This document shows, one piece after another, positions 17,498 to 26,447 of a stretch of 34,376 bases of DNA; the stretch's first letter is position 1; each line of letters opens with the position of its first letter. The notes beneath the pieces were generated by a model. It made no database searches, was not told the DNA's origin, and saw nothing but the letters and a program-made list of their open reading frames with translations. The position numbers and the translations under genes are program-made. The stretch comes from a virus (Duplodnaviria; Caudoviricetes), in IMG/VR virus record IMGVR_UViG_3300014202_001531, positions 1-34,376 of that record; one strand, written 5' to 3'.

Positions 17498-18514
17498 CTA
17501 TGCGCCGGTGGCGTGAACAATGCCGGAGCGCCGGTCGTAGGTGCTTTTCACCTTCGGGGTGGCGATGGCCATCACCTTGAAAGAGGCGGACATGCCGTCG
17601 CCCGACGACCACTCCCGCACCTGAATGCTCATGGCCTCCGCCCATTCGACGACGTTGCGCGTCATCTGCACCAGGAGGATTTCCCCGTCCGGCAGCGTCG
17701 GCAGCATCTCAAACCCGGCGATCTGCGGCAGGCGCAGAGCGCGGGTCATGGGCGTGTCGGTGGTGTTGGTGTAGACCGGGAAGGCCGCTTCGTTGTACTG
17801 GGTGGGCGGCGCATAGACGATGAACGGCCCGTAGTGCCTGTCCAACTGGGCGGCGGTGATCATGCCCTGGATGGTCTTCATCACGTTGTCGATGTTGCCC
17901 CAGTCGCCCCCGCCGTAGGCCGTCGCCGTGTCGGTGTTGCGGTCAGGGTGGGTGCGATAGCCGTAGAGAGACTGGCCGTTCAACTGGACGCCCGCCCCGT
18001 TGACCAGCAGGCTTTCCAGTGTCTCAGCCACCACACGGGCGGCGGCGGTTGCGGTCGTCACGTCCAGCCCGTCGCCCATCATGCGGGACGCTTCGAGGGT
18101 GCGGGCGTCGATACCGAAGTCCTTGAAGACCACGGGCACCGGCGCGCCCGCCTGACGCATGTCCGGCAGGTCACGGTTGCCGCCCGTGCCGGTCATGTTG
18201 ACCGTTGCGCCGTCCACTTCCGAGGCCATGTACCACTGGGAGACCATCGTGCCGATACCGCCCAGCGGCTGGCGCAGACCACGGGAAACCACATCGTTGA
18301 TGGCGCGCAGGGGATACTGCGCTTCGGCGATGACGGCGGCGTCGATCTGCGCCCACTCGTCGCGGCGGAGCATGGAGTTGACCACCAGTCCCCGCGACAT
18401 GCGAATCTTGGCAATGGGGTTGTTGGCGTTGGTGGAGACCATCGGGCGGTAGGTGTTCGCCACGGCCTCCATGCCCCGGTTGCTGTCCATCTCTACAATC
18501 TGAATACCACTCAT
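17498..18514 (-). CDS. Major capsid protein (HK97 fold, encapsulin/linocin-like group)
   Basis: 338 aa; LRRDEWAQIDAAV, PVPVVFKDFGIDARTLEASR, LYGYRTHP, SGIVHATG. Confidence 0.9.
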   Translation of the reverse strand: MSGIQIVEMDSNRGMEAVANTYRPMVSTNANNPIAKIRMSRGLVVNSMLRRDEWAQIDAAVIAEAQYPLRAINDVVSRGLRQPLGGIGTMVSQWYMASEVDGATVNMTGTGGNRDLPDMRQAGAPVPVVFKDFGIDARTLEASRMMGDGLDVTTATAAARVVAETLESLLVNGAGVQLNGQSLYGYRTHPDRNTDTATAYGGGDWGNIDNVMKTIQGMITAAQLDRHYGPFIVYAPPTQYNEAAFPVYTNTTDTPMTRALRLPQIAGFEMLPTLPDGEILLVQMTRNVVEWAEAMSIQVREWSSGDGMSASFKVMAIATPKVKSTYDRRSGIVHATGA

Positions 18515-18523
18515 CGTTCCCCC

Positions 18524-18982
18524 CTACAGGATGCGAACTCGAATGCGACCGGCAGCGCCCACCGGAGAGGCGGCGCTCTCAGCGATACCGACAATGCGAG
18601 CGTCCGTGTTGGTCGCTTCGACTTCCAACTCGCCCGCCGTGGCGGACGTGGCGAGCAGGGAGCCGATGGAAGCCGTCTGCCCATCTTTGAGCCACATATA
18701 GAGCAGGTCGCCCGGCTGAGCGAAGACGAAGCGCACGTTGTCCCCGCTGTCGTAGGCGTGATTGATGGCGGGCGTACTCACGTCGTCGGCGGTGGGCGCT
18801 TCCACGGCCACCATGCGGGTGTTGATGTGGTCTGCGGCGGCGATGGGCGTCACCTGCGTGGCCGACGAACGCTTGAGAATGTGACCCGGTTTGATCGTGC
18901 CGACAGCGGCCAGCGCCTCGTAGAGGGGGCGTTCGCTGCCGTTGATCTCAAGCAGGATGGTCTTGGGTGCGGAGGCGGCCAT
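18524..18982 (-). CDS. Capsid decoration/cement protein
   Basis: 152 aa between protease and capsid; IKPGH, YDSGDNV, IVGIAESA..RIRVRI. Confidence 0.75.
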   Translation of the reverse strand: MAASAPKTILLEINGSERPLYEALAAVGTIKPGHILKRSSATQVTPIAAADHINTRMVAVEAPTADDVSTPAINHAYDSGDNVRFVFAQPGDLLYMWLKDGQTASIGSLLATSATAGELEVEATNTDARIVGIAESAASPVGAAGRIRVRIL

Positions 18983-18985
18983 GAC

Positions 18986-20074
18986 TTACGCCCCTCCCTG
19001 CGCCGTGGGCGGCAGCACCATCCACCGTTCGGCGGAAGCGCCGTTGTTGGCGACGGGCGCACGACCGGCGTAGGTGGCGGGTTGCAGCGCCTGCGCCATC
19101 TTGTCGAGCACGTCTTCGCTCACGCCTTCCAGATCGGCGGGGGTGAAGGCGTTGGCCGACAGGGTGATGACCCGATTGACCGCGGCGGCGCGGCGCGCGT
19201 TGGCCGCCGACTGCAAACCGGCGAGCGTCTCGCGCAGGGCGGATACGCCGCCCAACTCACGCACCATTGCGGCGAGTTCTTCCAACTCCTGCGGCAGAAC
19301 GAAGGGCGGCGGCTCAGGTTCGGCGGCGATGGCGGCCTCCGCCTGTTCCATGCGGGCGGGCAGGGGCACGACCGGTTCGTCGTCCACGACCGGCGGATGC
19401 TGGTTCATTTCGGCGTCGCTGATTGCTTCAACTTCGGGCGTAGCGTTGTCTTTCTCCATACTTCCTCCTGTGTTGACTCTGGGAATTCCACAACCGTCAT
19501 CCCAACTGCACGCTCCGACCCCGTTGGGTAGGAGGGCGAGATGATCGGGAACGATGGCCGACTGCACGGCCGCATAGGTCTCGCCGTTGAACTCTCCTTC
19601 CTCTGTTCTCACTTCGCAGAAATAGCCGGTCGATACGTCCATATGCGCGCCGTGCAGCAGGCTGTTGACGACGCTTGCCTGCCCCATTGCGGCCATGCGG
19701 GTTTTGTCAATCCATCCTTCGGCCACTATGCGCCCATCGGTGAAGCGGGCGTTGAACAGCCAGCCGACGCCGAATTCTTCCCACATCTGGGGAGAGTTGG
19801 CCGAGACGAACTCCCCATCGACGGTTGGGTGGTTGAGGGTCAGCAGGCGTCCGTTCCAGCCAGGGGTGGAGCGTTCGATCTCTTTGGCGGAGACGAAGTG
19901 CCCGTTGAGAACGCCCTGGCGGATGGGCACCACGGGAAAGACGACATATTCTCTGCCGTTCAGGGCGACAGAGCGCACAGCGCCTGCATTCGCGCACGCG
20001 GTGCAGGCGAGCGTGGTGATCATTGGGCAAATGAAAGGAGCGCCCACCTGCTCCGCGTGCGTCAAATCATTCAT
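18986..20074 (-). CDS. Prohead protease/scaffold (DUF2213-like)
   Basis: LTLNHP, DVSTGY, DHLALLPNGVGACSWDDGCG; acidic/helical scaffold-like C-terminus. Confidence 0.85.
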   Translation of the reverse strand: MNDLTHAEQVGAPFICPMITTLACTACANAGAVRSVALNGREYVVFPVVPIRQGVLNGHFVSAKEIERSTPGWNGRLLTLNHPTVDGEFVSANSPQMWEEFGVGWLFNARFTDGRIVAEGWIDKTRMAAMGQASVVNSLLHGAHMDVSTGYFCEVRTEEGEFNGETYAAVQSAIVPDHLALLPNGVGACSWDDGCGIPRVNTGGSMEKDNATPEVEAISDAEMNQHPPVVDDEPVVPLPARMEQAEAAIAAEPEPPPFVLPQELEELAAMVRELGGVSALRETLAGLQSAANARRAAAVNRVITLSANAFTPADLEGVSEDVLDKMAQALQPATYAGRAPVANNGASAERWMVLPPTAQGGA

Positions 20075-20672
20075 AGGAGCCTCCCTTCCGGCTGGCGGCC
20101 AGAGCGAGGAACTCAGCGCGGGCCGCACCGTCAAGGAATGCCCCGCGCAGGATGGTTGTGGTCATGGAGGCGGGCGTTTTGACGCCCCGCATGACCATGC
20201 AGAGGTGGACGCCCTGGGTGAGGACAGCCACGTCGTCTGAGCCGACGATGGAGGAAACGTCATCGGCGATCTGGGCGGCAAGCTGTTCTTGCAGTTGCAG
20301 GCGATGCGCCCAGTAGTGGGCGATGCGTCCGAACTTGCTCAGACCCAACACCTTGCCGTTGGGGATGTAGGCGATGGACACGTCGCACCAGAAGGGGATG
20401 AGGTGATGTTCGCAGAAGCTCCATACCCGCATCCCGGAGACGAGCACCATCTGCCCGGATTGAACCGTCTCAAAGGAAGTGTCGATTCGGCCTGGTTCGT
20501 ATTCGATGAACTCCCGCCACAGGGAAGCCCAACGGCGGGGCGTTTCGAGCAGCCCTGGCCGGTTGGGGTCTTCCCCGATGGCCAGCAGCAGGTCACGACC
20601 CAAGTCAAGCAGCCGGTCGTAATCGACTACCGCAGGTTGACGAACTTGTGGGTTTGGAGAGAAAGTCGCCAA
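20067..20672 (-). CDS. folE: GTP cyclohydrolase I
   Basis: IGEDPNRPGLLETPRR, SFCEHHLIPF, GLSKFGR, RLQLQE, HLCMVMRGV; start uncertain (TTG 20672 with GGAG RBS chosen). Confidence 0.95.
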   Translation of the reverse strand: MATFSPNPQVRQPAVVDYDRLLDLGRDLLLAIGEDPNRPGLLETPRRWASLWREFIEYEPGRIDTSFETVQSGQMVLVSGMRVWSFCEHHLIPFWCDVSIAYIPNGKVLGLSKFGRIAHYWAHRLQLQEQLAAQIADDVSSIVGSDDVAVLTQGVHLCMVMRGVKTPASMTTTILRGAFLDGAARAEFLALAASRKGGSYE

Positions 20673-21298
20673 TTCCCCTTCTCCATGACCGTCTGAATGC
20701 AGAGGCGGGTCGCCCGGTCGTTGGTTGACATCGGCTGCAAGCACACCTGTGCCGTTGGTTTGAGAGTGCATCGATTCAGTAGCTCCGTGAGTTTGTCGAG
20801 ATCGGCGGCTTTGCCGACCACGAATTTGATTTCGTCAGCGCCGTGCACCACTTCCGGCAGAACGGGCAGGCCGCCCGGCATGTCGATCTTCGGGGAGACG
20901 CACACCCAATCGACCGGCGCGTGCAGGTGGCCGATAGCTGTGCCGCTGGTTTCCAGAGCGACCTTGTAGCCAGCGTCGTGGAGGGCGTTGACCAGACCCA
21001 GAAGGTCTGCCTGCGCGGGTTCGCCGCCTGTGAGAAGCACCCACTTCATGTGCCCGTAATAGGTGCGGAGGTAGTGGGCGATCTCTGAGGGCGACGCTTC
21101 GCAGTAGAGCGGACTGTCGCCAAGCACTTCCGGCAGAGAGCTGCGCCGGTGCTGAGGAGCGACCGTCCAGGTCTGTTTGGTGTCGCAGAACGGGCAGCCC
21201 ACGTCGCACCCGTGCAGGCGCAGAATGACCATTGGGACGCCGGTCAGCACGCCTTCCCCTTGAATGGAGTCGTAGATGTCATTGACCTGGTACATCAC
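20627..21298 (-). CDS. queE: 7-carboxy-7-deazaguanine synthase (radical SAM)
   Basis: SIQGEG, GCDVGCPFCDT, TGGEP, ETSG, VSPK, WRLSLQTHK. Confidence 0.95.
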   Translation of the reverse strand: MMYQVNDIYDSIQGEGVLTGVPMVILRLHGCDVGCPFCDTKQTWTVAPQHRRSSLPEVLGDSPLYCEASPSEIAHYLRTYYGHMKWVLLTGGEPAQADLLGLVNALHDAGYKVALETSGTAIGHLHAPVDWVCVSPKIDMPGGLPVLPEVVHGADEIKFVVGKAADLDKLTELLNRCTLKPTAQVCLQPMSTNDRATRLCIQTVMEKGNWRLSLQTHKFVNLR

Positions 21299-21657
21299 GC
21301 GCTCCCCTCCCGGTAGCCCGCCCAGGTCTTGGGCGTTTCGGACACCCGCACTTCGACGGTTTGCGGCCAGAGCGCGCGGCAGAAGTCAAAGAGGTGACGG
21401 GCGATGTTCTCGGCTGTGGTTTGGAAGCCAAGCACATCGTTGAGATGGCGGTGGTCGAGTTGATCGTCAATGTACGCTTTCAGGGGAGCCAGATCGTTGT
21501 AGTCCACGACGAAGGAGTGGGCGTCCAGCGCAGCGGACTCCAGGACGACGACGACCCGGTAGTTGTGGCCGTGAAGACGGCTGCACGGATGATCTGGGCG
21601 CAGACCGGCGAGTTGATGGGCTGCGCTGAATGCGAATTCCTTTTCAATGCGGTACAC
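21295..21657 (-). CDS. queD: 6-carboxy-5,6,7,8-tetrahydropterin synthase
   Basis: FSAAH, CSRLHGHNY, LDHRHLN, TAENIA, VSET; GTG start 21657. Confidence 0.95.
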   Translation of the reverse strand: MYRIEKEFAFSAAHQLAGLRPDHPCSRLHGHNYRVVVVLESAALDAHSFVVDYNDLAPLKAYIDDQLDHRHLNDVLGFQTTAENIARHLFDFCRALWPQTVEVRVSETPKTWAGYREGSA

Positions 21658-21994
21658 GGTTATACACCACCTTTGCTCCAACTTCGTTGTCTTCAAAGAC
21701 GCTTACGGTCAGGGCGCGCCCCGGCCATTGGTACTGGACAGTCTGGCCCAACGCCTGCGCCAGCATCTCGCACGACGCAGCGCCAAAGTCGCCGGTGGGG
21801 AACTTTGCCTTGCAGAAGGCCAGCAGATCGTGAAATTCGATCTCCCGGTCGTTGTGTCTGACTTCGATTTCCACCTCCACGTAGAACAGGTGGCGGTGCG
21901 AAGCAGCAAGGTACTTGCGCTCCTCTGGCGCGGCAGGCCAGTGGTGCCACCCTTCACGGGTGAAGCGGACGACGGCATGGGCGCTATGCAGCAT
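21644..21994 (-). CDS. Divergent QueD-like T-fold protein, DpdL-like (putative CDG decarboxylase)
   Basis: EGWHHWP, LAASHRHLF (LxxxHRHxF), DREIEF, SCEM, VFEDNE. Confidence 0.7.
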   Translation of the reverse strand: MLHSAHAVVRFTREGWHHWPAAPEERKYLAASHRHLFYVEVEIEVRHNDREIEFHDLLAFCKAKFPTGDFGAASCEMLAQALGQTVQYQWPGRALTVSVFEDNEVGAKVVYNRVPH

Positions 21995-22904
21995 GAGTCA
22001 GCATCCCCTCTGCGAACGGTTCGATACCGTACAGGTTGAGGGCGGCCAGGTGGTTGCGCCAGTTGCGCATGGAGAGGGTTGACCCCACTGCGCTCATGGC
22101 CACTGACTTGCGCCGATACTTGGTGATGGACTCTTTGTCGCCGACGACGTACTGGTAGCCGCTGGGCATGTGGCCGAACGCTTTGAGCATGGCGCGCGGC
22201 ACGTAGCCAGACCAGCGGATGACGTTCAGCCAGGAGGAGGAGTCGCCTGAGTCAATCGGGTAAGCGTTGAGGAACTGGTTGGGCGTCAGGCCAAGCAGGT
22301 GAATCCAGAGTTTGGGATACTTCTGCTTGCGCTCCCACATGGTCGCCACCAGCCGCTTGCGCACGGGAGCCGATGCCTGCACCACGTTGCCAACGCAGAT
22401 GCGGTCGTACCGTTCGGCTAAGAAGTCGAAGTAGTCCCACCCGTCGTTGAACGGGTGATAGACGGGAATGGGATTGAAGCCCAGTTTTTCGAGGCGGGTG
22501 CGAGTGCGAATTTTGTTCTCACGCCCGCCCTGGTCGAGTTCGATGTAGCCCCAACAGCGGTCTTTCCAGCGGTTGAGGATGTCCACGTAGCGGGCGAACA
22601 GGGCGTCGAAGCCGTCGATTTCTTCCGGGGCGAGGGCGAGGGCTTCGTCCATTGTGATGCCGTGCGCCCGCTTGTGTTCGTTGGTCAGCCAGAAAATGCC
22701 GGAGTCGATGAACCAGCGCGCGCCCTGCCGATGCGAGCGTTCGAGCACTTCTTCCGCAGCCGGGTTGATCTCATTCACCGCCATCAGCAGGTACGGGTGA
22801 ATGAGACCGTCGCCGGTCTGGATGTCTTCCACTTGGTCTGCGTTGCAGGCGAGGAAGTAGACGTTGCGTTCCGCGTGGCTCCACGAGCCGTCAGTCTTTC
22901 GCAC
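21984..22904 (-). CDS. dpdA: TGT-fold DNA-guanine transglycosylase (DpdA-like)
   Basis: FIDSGIF, YIELD, PIPVYH, IHLLG, DSGDSSSW; adjacent to folE/queD/queE; GTG 22904 (alternative ATG 22937). Confidence 0.8.
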   Translation of the reverse strand: MRKTDGSWSHAERNVYFLACNADQVEDIQTGDGLIHPYLLMAVNEINPAAEEVLERSHRQGARWFIDSGIFWLTNEHKRAHGITMDEALALAPEEIDGFDALFARYVDILNRWKDRCWGYIELDQGGRENKIRTRTRLEKLGFNPIPVYHPFNDGWDYFDFLAERYDRICVGNVVQASAPVRKRLVATMWERKQKYPKLWIHLLGLTPNQFLNAYPIDSGDSSSWLNVIRWSGYVPRAMLKAFGHMPSGYQYVVGDKESITKYRRKSVAMSAVGSTLSMRNWRNHLAALNLYGIEPFAEGMLTHAA

Positions 22905-24558
22905 GACGATTCGCCCCCTTGCCGTGAATGTCTTCATAGCGGTCGAGAATGTGACCGGCGATGTATGGGTCTGGCTGCACCAACAGAATGGATTTCTCTT
23001 TGGCCTTGAGGCTGAGGGCGACGAAGGGGCCAGGGTAGGGAGCCAGCAGCCAGCCCGGTTTGAGATAGTCAATCCAGGCGTCCCACCCGTCGATCACTTC
23101 GGCGCAGACGAGGATGTGGGGGCCGACCTTGTAGATTTCACCCGGCTGCACTTGATGACGCGGTTCGGCAATCGTTACGTCGGTCAGGGCGAGCAGGGAG
23201 TCGTCTTTGCTGCCGCCTGCTTCGTCGTCGTCGTCTGGTTCCTCTGTATCGAAGTCTCCTTCGGCGTAAGCTGCGTGCAGGTCTGGGAAGTAGCTGCTGA
23301 GAAAGGCCAGCGGGTCAACGTACACACCGGCAGCGGCCAGCGCGTCGGCTGTCAGTTTGGCCGTCTCCGCTACTTCGTTGGCCGTAGGTTCAACCAGCGG
23401 GGCGAAGGAGATGCAGTAGCGCCCGGTTTGGGGCGCTGGCAAGACGCCTGCGAAGATGAGCCGATGAATCACCGGGCGCAGAATGACCGGCGCAACAAAG
23501 TTGGTCTGGCGCGCCAGCACGGAGCGAGACCACGCCCGCTCGTCCTGGGAAGAAGCCAGTTCGCCCCGCTCCGAACCTTCGAGGATGCGTTTGGGAATGC
23601 CGGTGGGGGCGGCGATCATGCGCATGTTCACATCCACGATGGGCGTTGGGTCTTGCAGTTCGGCGCTGAGAATCTCCGGGTCGAGACCTTGCGCCAGCAT
23701 CGCCCGGCGCAGCCCGTGAATCAACTCGTTGGCCTGGTCTTCGACCGCCTGCCTCTCCGAATCTTTGGTGGGCAGCCGGTGCCCATCCTGCGTTCTGAGC
23801 AGAATGGCCGGGTTGAGCAAGCGCCAGCCCGCTTCGCCCGCAGCGGGGAGCACCTTGTCCAGGTCGATGAGCCGGTTGAAGACGGCTTGCAGGCGGGGTG
23901 TTCCGTACAGTTCGCTGTCCACGGAATCTTCGGCCACATGGATGCAGCGTGTCCAGTGAATGCGATGCACCTTGCCGTCTGCAAGTTTGATGTCGTAGAA
24001 AAGAGGCAGTCCGTAGCGGCGGCTGGCCGGGTCGCTGTCCAGTTCGGCGATGGCGGCGTTGGCCTCAGAGAAGGCCGTAGCGTAGGAGAGACCCGTTGCC
24101 CCTTTGAGCGAGCCAGCCTTGACCGGCTGATCGAACCCTTTGTTGTCACGGAAACCCAGAAGCAGAACGGCGTAGCGCCCAATGCCGCAGAGCCGGTCGA
24201 GGCGATTGAGGTCATGCAGCAGGCCACGGTCGTACACGCCGTCCAACGTGGCGGCGTCCTGGCTGCCCTGCGCGACGTGCAGCCAGGCTTGCAGGAAGGG
24301 CGTATCCCCCACAGCCTCTTTCGGGCTTGGACCGTCATAGACTGTCGGCGGGTGCAGCCAGGAGTCGTCAACCGGCAGATCGATGATGGGCTTGGCCACA
24401 TCCTGGCGTGTGTAGCGGTGCAGGTAGTCGTCAAAGGTGAGGTCTCTGGGATAGCCAGCAGCGGCATAGACGTCACGGTCTCCGCCATACTGCATTCCCA
24501 TCAGACCGGCCAGCCCAATGCGCTCCATGAGGATGTTCAAGGCAAGGTTGTAGTCCAC
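22891..24558 (-). CDS. Portal protein (DUF1073-like) with extra ~100-aa C-terminal domain
   Basis: GTG 24558 with AGGAGG; YAAAGYP, YTRQDVAKPIIDLPVDDSW, RYGLP, IHWTR, TGIPKRILEGSERGELASSQDERAW. Confidence 0.9.
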   Translation of the reverse strand: MDYNLALNILMERIGLAGLMGMQYGGDRDVYAAAGYPRDLTFDDYLHRYTRQDVAKPIIDLPVDDSWLHPPTVYDGPSPKEAVGDTPFLQAWLHVAQGSQDAATLDGVYDRGLLHDLNRLDRLCGIGRYAVLLLGFRDNKGFDQPVKAGSLKGATGLSYATAFSEANAAIAELDSDPASRRYGLPLFYDIKLADGKVHRIHWTRCIHVAEDSVDSELYGTPRLQAVFNRLIDLDKVLPAAGEAGWRLLNPAILLRTQDGHRLPTKDSERQAVEDQANELIHGLRRAMLAQGLDPEILSAELQDPTPIVDVNMRMIAAPTGIPKRILEGSERGELASSQDERAWSRSVLARQTNFVAPVILRPVIHRLIFAGVLPAPQTGRYCISFAPLVEPTANEVAETAKLTADALAAAGVYVDPLAFLSSYFPDLHAAYAEGDFDTEEPDDDDEAGGSKDDSLLALTDVTIAEPRHQVQPGEIYKVGPHILVCAEVIDGWDAWIDYLKPGWLLAPYPGPFVALSLKAKEKSILLVQPDPYIAGHILDRYEDIHGKGANRRAKD

Positions 24559-24569
24559 GCTGTTCCTCC

Positions 24570-26078
24570 TTATCCCACTCCTGCGACGCCCAGGGCATCC
24601 TCGCCGCCCAGGAGACGGATTGCCGCATCCACGCAGAGCATGTCGGCGACGAGCAGGTCGTCGTGCCCCTCTTTGTCTTCCACGTACACTTTCACCCGCT
24701 TGCCCGGTCGAGCCGTCATGCGGGCGTGCCCCCTCTGCCACCAGACGTGGCGGCTGGCGTCGTGGAGGGGAGGGTCTTTCTCGGCGGCTGTTTCCAGCGG
24801 GTCGAAGTCGTCCGGTCGATAGTCGTGCAGAAGCCCCCCGTTGACCTGCATGAGAAAGTTGAAGGCGAGCCGACTGTGCGTCGCCCATGCGCCGTCGAAT
24901 TTGATCGCCCGCACCACCCCTTCCGCTCGTCTGGCGATGGCGGCGGCGAGGAAGGCGGTGGACGCTTCGCCCACGCCCGTGGCGTCACAGTGCAGGGCGT
25001 CCACCTGCCACCGTTCGTTGAGAATCTCATAGAGAGCCGTGTGCAGCGACGTGGGCGGCACATTCGTCCATTCGTAGCGGTCGAGGTAGCGGATGCGCAG
25101 GGCGGTGAGACCCGCCGCCACGTTCACTTCCTCCACTTCGGCGACGGCCAGCGCCACAGAGTCGTGGCCGGACACCCCTTCCAGACCGGGCAGGCCGAGC
25201 ACTTCGTCAGCGCCTGCAAAGTCCAGACCGGCCACAATCCACTGTTCATCTCTGCGCCGTTCTTGGCGGGAATGCTCTCCGATCATCTGCCGCAGCTGCT
25301 GAGGGCTGAACATGCGTCCCTGAGAGGGAAGCGTCTCCAGAAAGTACTGGGTTTTGATCAGCGGATGCTGCCGACCGAGGCGGCGCACTTCGCCGTCGAG
25401 AAAGTCGGCGTAGGACGGGTTCTCTGCCGTCACCATCTCCGGGGTGACGCGGAAGTAGCGGCCTCTGGCCGTCCCTTCGGCGATGGCGCGCTTCTGCTGT
25501 TCGAGGAGGGTTTCGTCAGACCACGTTGTGCCCCAAAAGACGACCGGCGCGCCGGTTGACGCGCGCATAGGCGAAAACTCTTTGTCGTACTTGTCCGGCA
25601 GCACGTCCTGCGCTTCGTCAATCTCCATGAGAATGCTGGCCGTTGCGCCGACCACGGAGGAGTTGGGCTTGGCCGAAAGAAACTGAATCATGGCCTTGCC
25701 GCAGAGAATGATGTATCCCTCTTTGCCCCGGTATTTGAGCCAGGGCAGCCGCTCGGCGATGGTCATCATGCGAGCCTCCAGGCGCATCTTGGAGTTGACG
25801 ATCTGGGGCGTCCAGGTGGGAGCGGCTTTGACCAGAGCGCCGCCCGACTTGGAGAATGAGGCGAGCAGAAGCGTTTCGATGTGGGCGGACACTTCATTCT
25901 TGCCCGACTGACGCGGCATTTCGACAACGGTCATGGATGCATCTCTCTGCTGAGCCACGGTGCGCAGGTGTTCGGCCACGGCGAGTTGGTAGCGGTAGAG
26001 GGGAATGCCGAGGGCGAATCGACTCCACGCCTCAGAACTGCCGAGCAGTTTGCGGAATCTGGCGTGATAGCGGCCCAC
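24570..26078 (-). CDS. terL: Terminase large subunit
   Basis: Walker A PRQSGKNE, Walker B LMEIDEAQ, nuclease GLDFAG, DATGVG, HDDLLVA. Confidence 0.93.
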   Translation of the reverse strand: MGRYHARFRKLLGSSEAWSRFALGIPLYRYQLAVAEHLRTVAQQRDASMTVVEMPRQSGKNEVSAHIETLLLASFSKSGGALVKAAPTWTPQIVNSKMRLEARMMTIAERLPWLKYRGKEGYIILCGKAMIQFLSAKPNSSVVGATASILMEIDEAQDVLPDKYDKEFSPMRASTGAPVVFWGTTWSDETLLEQQKRAIAEGTARGRYFRVTPEMVTAENPSYADFLDGEVRRLGRQHPLIKTQYFLETLPSQGRMFSPQQLRQMIGEHSRQERRRDEQWIVAGLDFAGADEVLGLPGLEGVSGHDSVALAVAEVEEVNVAAGLTALRIRYLDRYEWTNVPPTSLHTALYEILNERWQVDALHCDATGVGEASTAFLAAAIARRAEGVVRAIKFDGAWATHSRLAFNFLMQVNGGLLHDYRPDDFDPLETAAEKDPPLHDASRHVWWQRGHARMTARPGKRVKVYVEDKEGHDDLLVADMLCVDAAIRLLGGEDALGVAGVG

Positions 26079-26080
26079 GG

Positions 26081-26440
26081 TCAGACCTTGAAGGAGTCCA
26101 GCGCGTCGAGCCAGTCCATCTCCGCCTCGCTTGCTCTTTGAGGGGGCGTTTCCCCGTAGCCCCGGCTTCGCCCTTGCGTTTTGAGAAAGAAAATGGTGGC
26201 GGCCACGTTGCCGTCTTTGATGAGGCGCAGGAGCGCCCCCTCTGCCACGTCAAGGGTCTTCTCTCTCCCGTCTTGCACGGCCTCACGCACGGCCTTGTAC
26301 CGCTTCATGTAGTCGTAGATCGTCTGGCGTGAGCATTGCAAACGCAATGCAGCGGCGGTCACAATGCCGCCTGCATCCACAATCGCCTCAATCACTTCTT
26401 CGGGCGTCCACTGGAGCCGCTTGCCGGATTTCTTCGCCAT
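26081..26440 (-). CDS. terS: Terminase small subunit (HTH)
   Basis: GIVTAAALRLQCSRQTIYDY HTH; LDVAEGAL..GNVAATIFFLKTQGRSRGY; immediately upstream of terL. Confidence 0.85.
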   Translation of the reverse strand: MAKKSGKRLQWTPEEVIEAIVDAGGIVTAAALRLQCSRQTIYDYMKRYKAVREAVQDGREKTLDVAEGALLRLIKDGNVAATIFFLKTQGRSRGYGETPPQRASEAEMDWLDALDSFKV

Positions 26441-26447
26441 GCGTCTG

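Noticed and set aside
17498-18514. Encapsulin/linocin nanocompartment
   Set aside because: Flanked by portal, protease, decoration and neck genes, so it is the phage capsid
20603-20771. queE-folE frameshift fusion or pseudogene
   Set aside because: Both genes have complete motifs and an in-frame TTG with a GGAG RBS at 20672 explains the overlap
20067-22904. Host-type tRNA queuosine operon or folate auxiliary metabolic genes
   Set aside because: No queC/queF/queA; the TGT-like protein lacks the CxCxxC zinc site of bacterial tRNA TGT; context is a phage head operon
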